Shown here: positions 46,577 through 56,879 of the stretch, in pieces
How positions within the stretch are numbered: position 1 is the stretch's first letter
How the letters are laid out: each line of letters starts with the position of its first letter
The notes under the pieces: generated by a model
What the model was told of the DNA's origin: nothing
Seen by the model: only the letters and a program-made list of their open reading frames with translations
Database searches by the model: none
Program-made: the position numbers and the translations under genes
Source: a bacterium
GTDB lineage: Bacteria > Patescibacteriota > Minisyncoccia > Phycocordibacterales > UBA2100
Direction of reading: 5' to 3'
Assembly (NCBI GenBank): GCA_009924895.1
Contig: RFQR01000007.1
Span: 1 to 63,710, forward strand
Length of the DNA: 63,710 bases

Positions 46577-47827
46577 ATGCGTATCGTGTTCTCGTGGTCG
46601 CAGATTCTTTCTACCGCACTGATAGTTTTTTTATTTGTAGGTGTATCGTTACTCTCTTCGCTCTACCAGCACCAGCTGTATGACCTTGTTGCTTTTGAAG
46701 GGTGGTATGGCATGGTGGCGTACACTCTTTTGACTGCAGGTGCCATTATCATTGCGCCGTTTTCTACGCTGCCTTTGATCCCGATCGCATCGCATATGTG
46801 GGGATGGGGCGCAGCTGCGCTGCTCTCGATTGTCGGCTGGGTTGTTGGCTCACAAATCGCGTTTCTAATTGCGCGCTCGTGGGGGAAACCGATAGTAGAG
46901 AAATTTATTTCGATCAACCATGTGTCTTGCTTTGAAACCTACTTTGACCGAGAGAGATTGTTTTGGACCGTCGTTCTGTTGCGCCTGACCGTACCGGTTG
47001 ATGTATTTTCGTATGCGCTCGGACTTTTCTCTCGCATGAATGCTCGAGATTTTTTCCTCTCCACTCTTATCGGCGTTGCTCCGTTTGCTTTTGTGTTTGT
47101 ATATATCGGCACGCTTCCGCTCTCGCTTCAGCTCTTTGCCTTTATTGAGGTTGCGTCAGTTATTGTTGCAATTCACGTCGTGCACAATCAGCGCGATGTA
47201 CGGCGAGCGCTCTTGTTTCTCGCACTCCTCACTGCAGGTTTTTGTCTCTGGGTTTTTCGTGCAGAAGCGTACGCCAATGTGAAGATGCTTGAAGCGGCGA
47301 GTGCAACACACCCGCTGTCTGTCGGTCTTTCTTTGATAGGACTTAAATCTATCCTTGCGCCTCTTGGTTTTCCCGGGGCACCGCTTACCCTTCTTTCGGG
47401 CTCTGTTTTCGGAATCTGGTGGGGGACATTAATTGCACTTATCGGAAATACTCTTGGCGCAGCACTCGCCTTTCTTGCGTCGCGCTATATTTTCTATGAT
47501 TGGGTGCAACAGACAATCATGAAAGAATATCCGCGAGTGCACGCATTTGAAGATCGTATGCGCGAACATGGCTTCAGTACGGTTGTTCTCTTGCGGCTTA
47601 TCCCACTCTTTCCATTTAACGCACTCAATTTTGTACTCGGTATAACTACTATATCGTTTCGAAACTATATGATTGGTTCTTTTGTAGGCATGATACCCGG
47701 GACTTTTTTGTTTGTATACGTTGGCGACTCAATTGCACGCATAAGTCCTCTCAATATTGGTATTAGTATTATTGGCTTGTTTCTCATAACATATGTAAGT
47801 AAACGATATGCAGCAAAACTCTCATAA
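46577..47827 (+). CDS. Tandem TVP38/TMEM64 (VTT/DedA) membrane protein
   Basis: Two VTT repeats (LLRLTVPVDVFSY; LLRLIPLFPFNALN). Confidence 0.88.
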   Translation: MRIVFSWSQILSTALIVFLFVGVSLLSSLYQHQLYDLVAFEGWYGMVAYTLLTAGAIIIAPFSTLPLIPIASHMWGWGAAALLSIVGWVVGSQIAFLIARSWGKPIVEKFISINHVSCFETYFDRERLFWTVVLLRLTVPVDVFSYALGLFSRMNARDFFLSTLIGVAPFAFVFVYIGTLPLSLQLFAFIEVASVIVAIHVVHNQRDVRRALLFLALLTAGFCLWVFRAEAYANVKMLEAASATHPLSVGLSLIGLKSILAPLGFPGAPLTLLSGSVFGIWWGTLIALIGNTLGAALAFLASRYIFYDWVQQTIMKEYPRVHAFEDRMREHGFSTVVLLRLIPLFPFNALNFVLGITTISFRNYMIGSFVGMIPGTFLFVYVGDSIARISPLNIGISIIGLFLITYVSKRYAAKLS

Positions 47828-49229
47828 TGTTGACATTATTGTGGTTGGTGCAGGCTCTGGTGGGCTCAATGTTGCATCATTTTGCAATCGCATTGGTCTC
47901 TCGGTAGTGCTTATAGATAGAAGCGATGAACATATCGGTGGTGATTGTTTGAATTACGGCTGCGTCCCATCAAAGGCGCTGATTCATGTTGCGCGCGAAG
48001 TGAGGGCGGCTCGCTCAGTCAGCGATTTTGGTTTGAACGTGGTGGGGCAGGTTGATATCGCGCGGATCATGCAGTATGTACGTGATCGGCAAAATATCAT
48101 CCGAGAGCACGAACATGCAGAATACTTTCGATCGAAAGGAATAATCGTTGAGTTAGGGGAGGCGAGTTTTACCGGAGAGAGAGCCGTGTCAATTAATGGA
48201 ACTAAGTATACTGCCAAAAATATCGTACTCGCGACTGGTTCGCGCCCGCGCCCGCTTTTGCTCCCAGGGTTTGAAACCCTTCCGGTCTACACCAATGAAA
48301 CTATTTTTTCAATGACGCAGCTGCCGAAACGTTTTGTGTTTGTCGGTGGCGGCCCGATATCAATCGAGCTTGGACAAGCCTTTTCGTTTTTGGGCTCAGA
48401 GGTAACAATCGTACACTCGGGGAGCCGTATTTTGGAGAAAGAAGCGCCCGAAGTCAGTGTCTTTATGGAAAAGCAATTACGCGAACAGGGTGTCAGTTTT
48501 GTTTTTGATGCCAAGCCTCTCAAAGTGGAAGGAGGTGACATGGCGATCCAAACTAAAAACGGTGAGAAGAGGATACACTGTGACGCGGTGTTTGTGGGTA
48601 TCGGGCGAGTGTTGAATACTGAAAACCTTGATCTCGAAAAAGCGGGAATAGAGAAAACCGCAGATGGCTCGAGGCTGATAATTGATGAGTATTTACGAAC
48701 GACAAACAAGCGTGTTTGGGCGGTTGGCGATATCGCGGGTAACTATCAGTTTACTCACGCGGCTGAAGAGCATGCGAAGGTGGTGATTAATAATGTAATA
48801 AACCCTCTGAAGAAAAAATTTCAAACGCATATGGCGTGGGTGACCTATACGTCTCCGGAAGTCGCCACCTTTAGCCGCTCACATAATGAGCTTGAAAAAA
48901 CCGGGACGATGCATGAGGTTGTTACCGTACCACTCTCTGAAGACGACCGCGCTATTATTGATTCCGCAGAAGGTTTTATATCCCTGAGTATCGGAGCGCG
49001 CGGGAGGATTTTCGGTGGGACGCTTGTTGCACCGAATGCGGGCGAAATAGTCGGGGAGCTTATTCTCGCAGAGAGTCAGGGTTTAAGTGCCATAGATTTG
49101 TTTAATCGAGTCGCTCCCTATCCAACCGCTTCGCGCATTATCCGTAAAGCGGTAGGAAAGCATGAAGGTAATAGACTAACTGAGTGGACAAAGACAATAC
49201 TCAAAATATTGTATAGAATGAAGGTGTGA
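47808..49229 (+). CDS. Pyridine nucleotide-disulfide oxidoreductase (LPD/MerA-like class)
   Basis: [26 protein letters not shown]; lacks the C-terminal CC of MerA. Confidence 0.9.
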   Translation: MQQNSHNVDIIVVGAGSGGLNVASFCNRIGLSVVLIDRSDEHIGGDCLNYGCVPSKALIHVAREVRAARSVSDFGLNVVGQVDIARIMQYVRDRQNIIREHEHAEYFRSKGIIVELGEASFTGERAVSINGTKYTAKNIVLATGSRPRPLLLPGFETLPVYTNETIFSMTQLPKRFVFVGGGPISIELGQAFSFLGSEVTIVHSGSRILEKEAPEVSVFMEKQLREQGVSFVFDAKPLKVEGGDMAIQTKNGEKRIHCDAVFVGIGRVLNTENLDLEKAGIEKTADGSRLIIDEYLRTTNKRVWAVGDIAGNYQFTHAAEEHAKVVINNVINPLKKKFQTHMAWVTYTSPEVATFSRSHNELEKTGTMHEVVTVPLSEDDRAIIDSAEGFISLSIGARGRIFGGTLVAPNAGEIVGELILAESQGLSAIDLFNRVAPYPTASRIIRKAVGKHEGNRLTEWTKTILKILYRMKV

Positions 49230-50488
49230 AAACGGTCCTTGTACTTTCCTTGCTTGCCGCTCTTGGTGTTGGTGCCATCGTCCTCTTACCAAAAAATAAA
49301 GAAGCAGAAGAGACGGAGGGGGAAATAGTGCATCCGCTTCCACAGAGTACAAGCACGGTCACTGTACACGACCTTCAAGCACCCGCAACAACAGTATCAA
49401 CATCTGATCAAACAAAACTAGCTCAAACCATGATGCCGAATGCTACGTACAAAACCATGATGCTCGCGGGCGGATGCTTCTGGTGTGTTGAGAGTGATTT
49501 GGAAAAGCTGCCAGGGGTTATTGATGTGGTCTCAGGCTACGCCGGTGGTGAGGGTGAGAACCCGACATATCAGAATTATGGAAAACGTGGGTTTAAAGAA
49601 GTGGTGCAGGTGACGTATGACCCGAGCAAAATTACGTATGCAAACCTCGTTGATTTTGAGCTGCGGCACACGGACCCGACCGACCCGGGTGGTACCTTTT
49701 ATGACCGTGGTCCGCAATACACCACTGCTGCGTACTATGAAACTGAAGACGAGCGAGTAGCGGCACTCAAAGTGATTGCAGACACTGATGTAAAGAAGGT
49801 GTTTGATAAGCCCATTGTGATGGAAGTATTGCCGCGAGTGAAGTTTTGGCCTGCAGAAGAGTACCATCAAGACTACGCAAAAAAGAATCCGTTGCGGTAT
49901 TCATACTATCGACACGGGTCGGGGCGAGATGCGTTTATCAAAAAATATTGGGGTGACGATGTGATTCCCAAGCCACTTGGACCAGTAGCAAATGAAAAAC
50001 CACAAATTACAAACAATAAAGTAGAAACTATGGATAAACCCTGGATGCGTTTTGTAAAACCAAGTAACACTGAATTGCAGGCAACATTAACGCCTATGCA
50101 GTATCAAGTGACACAAGAAGAGGGAACTGAGCCACCATTTAAGAATGAATATGACAAAAATTATGCCGATGGTATTTATGTCGATGTGGTCTCAGGCGAG
50201 CCTCTATATTCTTCGAAAGATAAGTTTGATTCAGGCACCGGCTGGCCGTCATTTGCAAAGCCGCTTTCTCCTGATGCGGTGACGGAACATACAGACCGAA
50301 AGTTATTCTTTAGTCGAACAGAGGTGCGTTCAAAGATCGCTGATTCGCACCTCGGTCATGTCTTTAACGACGGCCCTGCTGAACGTGGGGGTATGCGGTA
50401 CTGCATGAATTCTGCTGCGCTTCGATTTATCCCTAAAGAAAAAATGACTGAAGAGGGGTATGGGGAGTATCTGAAGCTGTTTCAGTAA
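49226..50488 (+). CDS. msrAB: Membrane-anchored MsrA/MsrB fusion
   Basis: [32 protein letters not shown]. Confidence 0.95.
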   Translation: MKTVLVLSLLAALGVGAIVLLPKNKEAEETEGEIVHPLPQSTSTVTVHDLQAPATTVSTSDQTKLAQTMMPNATYKTMMLAGGCFWCVESDLEKLPGVIDVVSGYAGGEGENPTYQNYGKRGFKEVVQVTYDPSKITYANLVDFELRHTDPTDPGGTFYDRGPQYTTAAYYETEDERVAALKVIADTDVKKVFDKPIVMEVLPRVKFWPAEEYHQDYAKKNPLRYSYYRHGSGRDAFIKKYWGDDVIPKPLGPVANEKPQITNNKVETMDKPWMRFVKPSNTELQATLTPMQYQVTQEEGTEPPFKNEYDKNYADGIYVDVVSGEPLYSSKDKFDSGTGWPSFAKPLSPDAVTEHTDRKLFFSRTEVRSKIADSHLGHVFNDGPAERGGMRYCMNSAALRFIPKEKMTEEGYGEYLKLFQ

Positions 50489-50489
50489 T

Positions 50490-50518
50490 TTGACAAAAGC
50501 CTATTTTTAGTGTAAAAT
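50490..50518 (+). promoter_or_regulatory. sigma70 promoter TTGACA-N17-TAAAAT
   Basis: Near consensus, immediately after the msrAB stop. Confidence 0.7.
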
Positions 50519-50602
50519 TCATTTGCTCGATCCAAGGTACCGGTTTGGTGCAATGAGGCACTACTGGCAGAAAGCTTTGGCGAGCAAAAAACGGAGACTA
50601 GA

Positions 50603-51013
50603 ATGTCAGATACAAGAATCTATCTGAAAGGTGACTTTCCTTTCAAGACGGAAAGCGATCCAGGCTTTAAGAGGTTTCTCGTTGCATTTGACCGAAAGGT
50701 TGACGAGTCCCTACCTGGACATCCGTTCATCCGTATCGGGGATCCAATGAAACCGGGGTTCGTTGACCCACAGGTGCCACCTGAATACTGCGACTACGTC
50801 CTTCACCAGAGCACGTGGGTAGGCGCCACCTGCAAAGATGGTCTCTATGGTAACGGCGGGAGCATCACTGGTCGAATCGAGACGATTCGTGCCGGGACCG
50901 AGCAAAGTATTGAGGTCAAGGCGGATACCATTGATGGGATCCGCGTCGCCTACGACGGGATTCGCACCGGAAGGTGGCAGCCGACGAACGACTGGAGTGG
51001 TCGCAAAGACTAA
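50603..51013 (+). CDS. Orphan hypothetical protein
   Basis: Own promoter, GGAG SD, terminator near 51037-51070. Confidence 0.65.
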   Translation: MSDTRIYLKGDFPFKTESDPGFKRFLVAFDRKVDESLPGHPFIRIGDPMKPGFVDPQVPPEYCDYVLHQSTWVGATCKDGLYGNGGSITGRIETIRAGTEQSIEVKADTIDGIRVAYDGIRTGRWQPTNDWSGRKD

Positions 51014-51130
51014 TCGCTCCGCTCGTTCCGCATGAACTCAAACAGCTGCGTCGAGAGGCGCGGCTGTTTTTTTGTTGCAAATAATTTCTCTTTCATATAC
51101 CGTGTCGGAAGTCTAAACCAGGAGACTGAC

Positions 51131-51853
51131 ATGACGTCCTTCATGAACTGGCTTAAAGTCGAGCGTTCACCGCTCTGGCTTTTAGGTTTTGCATTCGCAG
51201 TTGCGATAGTAAGCCTCGCCGTTGAGATTCCTATCTCTGAACTACTCGAGCCGTATCTCAAAACGCCGGAAACCGAAAAGTATTCGGAAGAAGTTCGGAA
51301 GCTTTTCTTAGGCGACGAGTACCGGACAGAATACAAAAAGGCAATGTTCCACCTTAGTGTATTTGGGGTCGTCTTTCTCTTTGCTCTGTGGGAGGAAGTG
51401 GTATTTCGGATGATGCCGTTGGGTATGCCTATCAGTGCACAGCGCCGGTCGTGGATCGCAACACTCCTCATTGTTGCGGGTCTTCTCATTGCAGGTGCAA
51501 TACTGTACGACAACTTCGGGGTTCTTTTCAGAGGCAGGGACCCGATCATTCTGATCATCCTCTCGACACTGCTCGCTGTTAGTATGTTCTTGATGATATT
51601 TCTCAAGACGCCATGGCTCTTGTGGGTCATGATTGTGTGTTCGTCGGCGTTGTTTGGATACACCCATCACGGCTGTATCAGTCTTTTCATGCAAGGTCTC
51701 GGCGGTATCACGTTGAGCATCGTCTACTTGAAATGTGGCGGGGTGAACGGAAAGTAGTTTATGGGAACGATGTACTCTACGCTTTCCCACGCGTTCTTCA
51801 ACATGGCACTCATGGAGTGGACGCTTTATGAACTCCTGAAAGCAGTGAAGTGA
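51131..51853 (+). pseudogene. CPBP/Abi intramembrane metalloprotease with in-frame TAG at 51755-51757
   Basis: WEEVVFR and FGYTH motifs precede the TAG; motif-4 HAFFN follows in frame; terminator at 51870-51896 lies after the TGA at 51853. Confidence 0.75.
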
Positions 51854-51927
51854 GGCCAACGAATGAAGCAGCAGCCGTCCTTTGAGGACGGCTGCTTTCT
51901 GTTTTTGTACATGCTATAATGATAGAT

Positions 51928-52329
51928 ATGCAACAAATGCTCTCGTTATATTTCTTTACTACTATCGCTTTTTTCGCTATCGACATGGTGTGGCTTGGTG
52001 TTGTTGCAAAAGATTTCTATCGTGCACAGATAGGTCACCTGATGACGACGCAGATTAACTGGGTAGCGGCAATTATTTTCTATCTCATTTTTTTGATGGG
52101 GCTTCTGTACTTTGCAGTCTATCCCGCAATCCAAGAAAACTCGCTTGTGAAAGCGGTTATGCTTGGGGCGCTCTTTGGCTTCTTCACCTATGCAACCTAT
52201 GACCTCACAAACTATGCGACGCTTCGCGACTGGCCGCTTTTGGTTACAGTAGTTGATATGGCGTGGGGGACAGCTCTGGGGGCTACTGTTGCGGGAATTA
52301 GTTTCTGGATCAGTCGTTTTATCTATTGA
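51928..52329 (+). CDS. DUF2177 family membrane protein
   Basis: IDMVWLG, YATYDLTNYATL, DMAWG. Confidence 0.88.
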   Translation: MQQMLSLYFFTTIAFFAIDMVWLGVVAKDFYRAQIGHLMTTQINWVAAIIFYLIFLMGLLYFAVYPAIQENSLVKAVMLGALFGFFTYATYDLTNYATLRDWPLLVTVVDMAWGTALGATVAGISFWISRFIY

Positions 52330-52330
52330 T

Positions 52331-53113
52331 ATGGTAGCTGCGAGTATTGTGGGTGGGCTCGCAGTATACATGTGCATTGCCTTTGGTATTGCCCTTGTCA
52401 GAAAAGATAACGGTATTGCAGATGTTGCATACGGTGGCGCGCTTATAGTCTGTGCATGGAGCTCCTCCATCCTGGGTACTCCTTCGGTTCTTGGTACGGT
52501 ACTTACGGCGCTCGTGACGCTCTGGGGAATGCGCCTCATGATACGGATAGCACGCAAAAATTGGGGGAAGCCAGAAGACTTTCGCTATCGCGCATGGAGA
52601 GAATCGTGGGGACAGTGGTTTGTACTCCGTAGTTTTTTTCAAATTTATATGCTCCAGGGAGCGATAGCTGCGATTATTGTTTTGCCAGTTACTGCGGTAA
52701 ATCTGTATGGGGCATCAGCACACATTCTTAGTATCACTACAGGAGTAGTATTGTGGGCGATAGGATTTCTATTTGAGGTTATTGCAGACTCTCAACTCGA
52801 CTCATTTTTACGAAACCCTGAGAATAAGGGGAAGCTGATGCAGTACGGTCTTTGGAACTATTCTCGCCACCCCAATTACTTTGGCGAATCTATGATGTGG
52901 TGGGCAATTGCGTTTTTAGCTATCGTTGCACTCACTCCCTCTTTTCAGGTGCTTGCATTTCTTTTGCTTTCAAGTCCGGTACTTATTACCTGGCTCTTGT
53001 TGCGCGTATCGGGAATACCGATGCTTGAGAAAAAAATGGCAGCTCATCCTGATTGGTCACTCTATGCAGCCCGGACAAATGCATTTATCCCGTGGTTTCC
53101 AAAGAAATCATAG
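52331..53113 (+). CDS. DUF1295 family (steroid 5-alpha-reductase-like)
   Basis: EDFRY, GLWNYSRHPNYFGE, SGIPMLE. Confidence 0.9.
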   Translation: MVAASIVGGLAVYMCIAFGIALVRKDNGIADVAYGGALIVCAWSSSILGTPSVLGTVLTALVTLWGMRLMIRIARKNWGKPEDFRYRAWRESWGQWFVLRSFFQIYMLQGAIAAIIVLPVTAVNLYGASAHILSITTGVVLWAIGFLFEVIADSQLDSFLRNPENKGKLMQYGLWNYSRHPNYFGESMMWWAIAFLAIVALTPSFQVLAFLLLSSPVLITWLLLRVSGIPMLEKKMAAHPDWSLYAARTNAFIPWFPKKS

Positions 53114-53127
53114 TGTACGATGTGAGC

Positions 53128-53760
53128 ATGTCACTCTACTCAATTATAGGAATCGTTGTGGTGGGAGGACTCTTCCTCTGGAGCGCTACGGCGTACTGGA
53201 CGGTGCGCGGCATTGAAGAACCAGCATATACGGTGATTGAAAAACGAAAGGGGTATGAATTGCGCAAGTACAATTCGTACATCATTGCGACTGCTCGCGT
53301 GCGTGGCACCTATCGCGAAGCACTCAATCAGGGATTCCGTATCATTGCCGGCTATATTTTTGGCGGCAATACCAAGCGAGAAGGAATCGCAATGACGGCA
53401 CCGGTTCAGGAAAGCTCATCAGAGCAGATCGCGATGACCGTTCCGGTAAAAGAAGAGGGAAGCGATACTGAGCGTTCGATATCGTTTGTGATGCCAAAAC
53501 AGTACACGCTCGCAACGCTGCCAAAGCCGAATGATGATAGGGTAAAGCTCACTGAAGTTCAGGCGCGTACCATGGCGGTACTTTCATACTCGTGGTGGGC
53601 GTATCCATCGCGTGTTGAATCAAAAAAGCAAGAACTCATTACACTCTTGCAACGAGATTCTGTGCAAGCGACCGGTACTGTCGAAGCCGCATTTTATAAT
53701 CCGCCATTTACGCCGCCGTTTATGCAGCGGCACGAAGTGATGGTGGAAGTGGTGCGATAA
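53128..53760 (+). CDS. SOUL heme-binding protein
   Basis: EEPAYTV, YELRKY, GFRIIAGYIFG, IAMTAPV, YNPP. Confidence 0.92.
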   Translation: MSLYSIIGIVVVGGLFLWSATAYWTVRGIEEPAYTVIEKRKGYELRKYNSYIIATARVRGTYREALNQGFRIIAGYIFGGNTKREGIAMTAPVQESSSEQIAMTVPVKEEGSDTERSISFVMPKQYTLATLPKPNDDRVKLTEVQARTMAVLSYSWWAYPSRVESKKQELITLLQRDSVQATGTVEAAFYNPPFTPPFMQRHEVMVEVVR

Positions 53761-53787
53761 ATAATGTAGTGGTTCGGACGAGATGGG

Positions 53788-54477
53788 TTACAGCCCGAGA
53801 CTTTTGAGAAACTGCGTGAGTGTCGCACCGGTAATGGCTTGGTATTCGCCTTCTTTCAAATCGCGCAGCTCAATGTTCATGATGCGAATGCGCTCAAGGT
53901 CCGCAACCGCAGTATTGAGTGCGGCACACATGCGACGAATTTGATGCTTTTTCCCCTCGGTGAGGATAATTTCAAACTTCTTCGGAGAAAGCGTGCGCAC
54001 CGTGCAGGGCTTCGTGAGATACCCTTCGATATTGACGCCCTTTTCCATGCGTTCACGAAAAGTGTCAGGCGCAGTTTGTTGTAGCGTCACTCGATACTGT
54101 TTTTCATGTTCGTATTTTGGATTAAGAAGCCGATCAGTCACACGCGCATCGTCGGTGAGGATAATGAGACCGTGAGAATCCTTGTCGAGTCTGCCAATGG
54201 GGAACGTACCCCAGAGTTTACTTGCACCCACGGCATCCTTCTCACCAAACTGCGGTGAATGGGTCACTACCCCTTGTGGCTTATTAAACGCAAAGTAGCG
54301 GTAGGCGCGTTCCTTGGTATGCACTTCTATGGTGTCATGCTCGTGCACTTTCTCACCCAGAACAGCTTTGCGGCCATTGATGAGTACGCTTCCGCGTTCA
54401 ATCAAAGTGTCTGCTTCGGTGCGAGTGCAGTATCCTTTATGGGCAATGTATTTATTTATTCGGATAGGGAAATCCAT
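53788..54477 (-). CDS. rRNA pseudouridine synthase (RsuA/RluB/RluF family)
   Basis: S4 domain, GRLDKDSHGL, EGKKHQIRRM. Confidence 0.93.
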   Translation of the reverse strand: MDFPIRINKYIAHKGYCTRTEADTLIERGSVLINGRKAVLGEKVHEHDTIEVHTKERAYRYFAFNKPQGVVTHSPQFGEKDAVGASKLWGTFPIGRLDKDSHGLIILTDDARVTDRLLNPKYEHEKQYRVTLQQTAPDTFRERMEKGVNIEGYLTKPCTVRTLSPKKFEIILTEGKKHQIRRMCAALNTAVADLERIRIMNIELRDLKEGEYQAITGATLTQFLKSLGL

Positions 54478-54577
54478 ACAAAAAGGAGTCTAGCATACAT
54501 ACTTGAAAAAGACTAAGAATCGTGTTACAAAATGTTTAGCCCAAATCCTGGGTGCACAAGAAACTACGGAGAATAAC

Positions 54578-55060
54578 GTGGGTTTGTCAAACAACACTAT
54601 AGAGCGCATTTTGAACGGTGCGCGCTCTCTGTTCGAGCGCTAGGTTCAACACCACAATCTCATCGATCGTCCGGGTGCTTCGCTGTGCCTTGCTGATGAA
54701 AAAGGCCGCCCACGACTCACTGTTGTTATTGGGTGCCCACCGGATGAGAAGTACGATCGGTATGTCTCATTCAGTCAAGAAAAAGCGCGACGCCTTGCGA
54801 ATCATGCAATGGTAGGAAAGCATGTGAGCAGCTGGCAATCACGCAATCCAGAGATTGACCGCTACGGCGGTGCCATCTGGCTGCGCAACTACGGCGCCGC
54901 GCTCTCGCTCTCGGGCCTTCCCGAACTACACGATAAAGCGTTCGCCGCTTCTCTTGCATTTTTCGGTGAGCTGATTGAGTTTGAGTATGTCCTTTCGATC
55001 AGGGATGCGAGCGATAATTATTTCATCCTTCCTTCGATCTCATCCCTCGAGACGGCCTGA
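54578..55060 (+). pseudogene. Orphan gene with in-frame TAG at 54641-54643
   Basis: GGAG SD + GTG 54578, 21 codons, TAG, then open frame to TGA 55060 (EKARRL..SSWQSR..YGGAI..SGLPE). Confidence 0.65.
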
Positions 55061-55120
55061 GGATACCGGGACCGCAAGCGCTGCTTGTGGTCCACACTTT
55101 TTTGTTGCACCATATTTACT

Positions 55121-55993
55121 ATGAAGAAAACAGCCTTGTTTTTGCTTGTGATTATAGCTCCGTTGTTTACGAGTGCCGCTTCTGCCTCAGATCTTTCAAT
55201 CACTCGTGAGGGTAGTTTTAATGCAAAAAATCTGGTAGTGATTCAAAAAGCAGGAACGAATATCTTTGCACGTGCGGTGTGGGGAGATTCGTTTATTCGC
55301 ATTACGCTTCTTACAAGCACGTCAACAAAAGTGGAGAAGGCATACGGAGAAAGCGCACGCGTCGACGATATTTCTGAGGGTGATACGCTCGATGTTGACG
55401 GTGTCCTTGCAAATGGTGCGGGAACCATCATCGTGAAGGCGCAGACAATAAAAGATTATGCACTCGTCAGAGACAGAAAAGTGCTCTCAGGTACCGTACT
55501 CGATACCAACACCAATGCATTTGTATTCACACTGCTTGGTAAGAATAAAGCGACCACGACGGTACAGCTTTCTGCTTCGACCATGATAACCAAGGGTAAG
55601 CGGACTATAGAATTTTCTGATATCCGTGTCGGAGATAGAATAAACATGGTCGAGGGCATGTACGACTACCCTACAAACACGCTGACGGTCTCAAAAATCG
55701 ATATCTATCAAGACCAAAAGATATTTGCGCCGCGCGTCTTTGAAGGAATACTTCTCTCGACTTCTTCATCACTGCCTGCGACCATAATGCTTGCGATAGG
55801 TACGAAAGGCATGAAGGAGTATCATGAGTACGCTGTGTATCTTTCTGGCGATACTGTTGTATACAATAAAGCAAAAAAGAAGACCGAACTATCACGCTTC
55901 GTAGTGGGGGATACGGTAAGAATCTTTGGCGCCATCCGTCTTACTAATTTGAACGAGATTGATGCAGAAGTTATACGAACGATGGCTTTTTAA
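55121..55993 (+). CDS. Secreted protein with three OB-fold/DUF5666-like repeats
   Basis: Signal peptide; repeated DI..GD.(L/I/V).V.G motif. Confidence 0.7.
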   Translation: MKKTALFLLVIIAPLFTSAASASDLSITREGSFNAKNLVVIQKAGTNIFARAVWGDSFIRITLLTSTSTKVEKAYGESARVDDISEGDTLDVDGVLANGAGTIIVKAQTIKDYALVRDRKVLSGTVLDTNTNAFVFTLLGKNKATTTVQLSASTMITKGKRTIEFSDIRVGDRINMVEGMYDYPTNTLTVSKIDIYQDQKIFAPRVFEGILLSTSSSLPATIMLAIGTKGMKEYHEYAVYLSGDTVVYNKAKKKTELSRFVVGDTVRIFGAIRLTNLNEIDAEVIRTMAF

Positions 55994-56006
55994 TTCCATA
56001 CAATCT

Positions 56007-56444
56007 ATGCCCATTCCCAAAGCAATCATAGGTAGTGCGCTCGTGCTCTTTCTCCTTGCCGGAGGCACATTGTTCTATGGATTTATTGCTGCACCGACAG
56101 AACAATCGAAACTTGAAACACCGAATTCAAACCGTGCCGAGTCTATCCCGCCAAAGAACTCCGACCGCGTTTCTTCACCCGTGCCATCGCCCGCAACACC
56201 AAAACCAGCGGGCCTTACTCTGAGTGCCGTTGCACAGCATAATTCTGCAGAGAGCTGCTACACCGTGATTAATGGTGTTGTATACGATGTGACATCGTTC
56301 ATCAGTAAGCATCCGGGCGGTCCGCAGCGTATTTTGCGATTATGCGGCGTTGACGGCACCGAGCGTTTTGAAAACCAGCATGGCGGTGAGACGAGGCCAG
56401 AGTCGCTGCTTGCAGCACTCAAGGTGGGGGTTCTTGCGCGCTAG
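56007..56444 (+). CDS. Cytochrome b5-like protein, membrane anchored
   Basis: VAQHN..CYTVINGVVYDVT..HPGG..FENQHG. Confidence 0.9.
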   Translation: MPIPKAIIGSALVLFLLAGGTLFYGFIAAPTEQSKLETPNSNRAESIPPKNSDRVSSPVPSPATPKPAGLTLSAVAQHNSAESCYTVINGVVYDVTSFISKHPGGPQRILRLCGVDGTERFENQHGGETRPESLLAALKVGVLAR

Positions 56445-56447
56445 AGT

Positions 56448-56858
56448 ATGGTGACAGTGCACCTCATCGCGCTTTCGTTCGTGTTTCTCACGATGGTTAT
56501 TTCTGACATACAGGCGGTTCAATGGTTTTTTGGAAAAAAGCAGGTTCTTTCTGAAGAGCATCTGCGTCGCTCGCACTACGCTATGTGGGCCGGTCTTATC
56601 GCGATGATCGTTTCAGGCATGTTTCTTGCCTATCCAGAGGCGGACTATCTCCTCCATAATGTCTATTTTATTGCAAAACTTTTGTTCGTCGCAACTCTTA
56701 TCGTGAATGCCGTTCTCATTGGTCGTATCATGCATATCGCAACAACGACCCCGTTTGCCACGCTTTCATCGCACGAAAAAATAGTACTGCTTTCATCGGG
56801 TGCTATGTCGCTTGTCAGCTGGATAGCGGCAGCGAGCATCGGTTTTTTTGTGCTCTAA
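56448..56858 (+). CDS. Hypothetical 4-TM membrane protein
   Basis: Hydrophobic, coupled to the b5 gene. Confidence 0.7.
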   Translation: MVTVHLIALSFVFLTMVISDIQAVQWFFGKKQVLSEEHLRRSHYAMWAGLIAMIVSGMFLAYPEADYLLHNVYFIAKLLFVATLIVNAVLIGRIMHIATTTPFATLSSHEKIVLLSSGAMSLVSWIAAASIGFFVL

Positions 56859-56879
56859 ACGTGTGATACTATATACGAC

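Noticed and set aside
47808-49229. Mercuric reductase merA
   Set aside because: No C-terminal Cys-Cys pair, no NmerA domain, no mer genes nearby.
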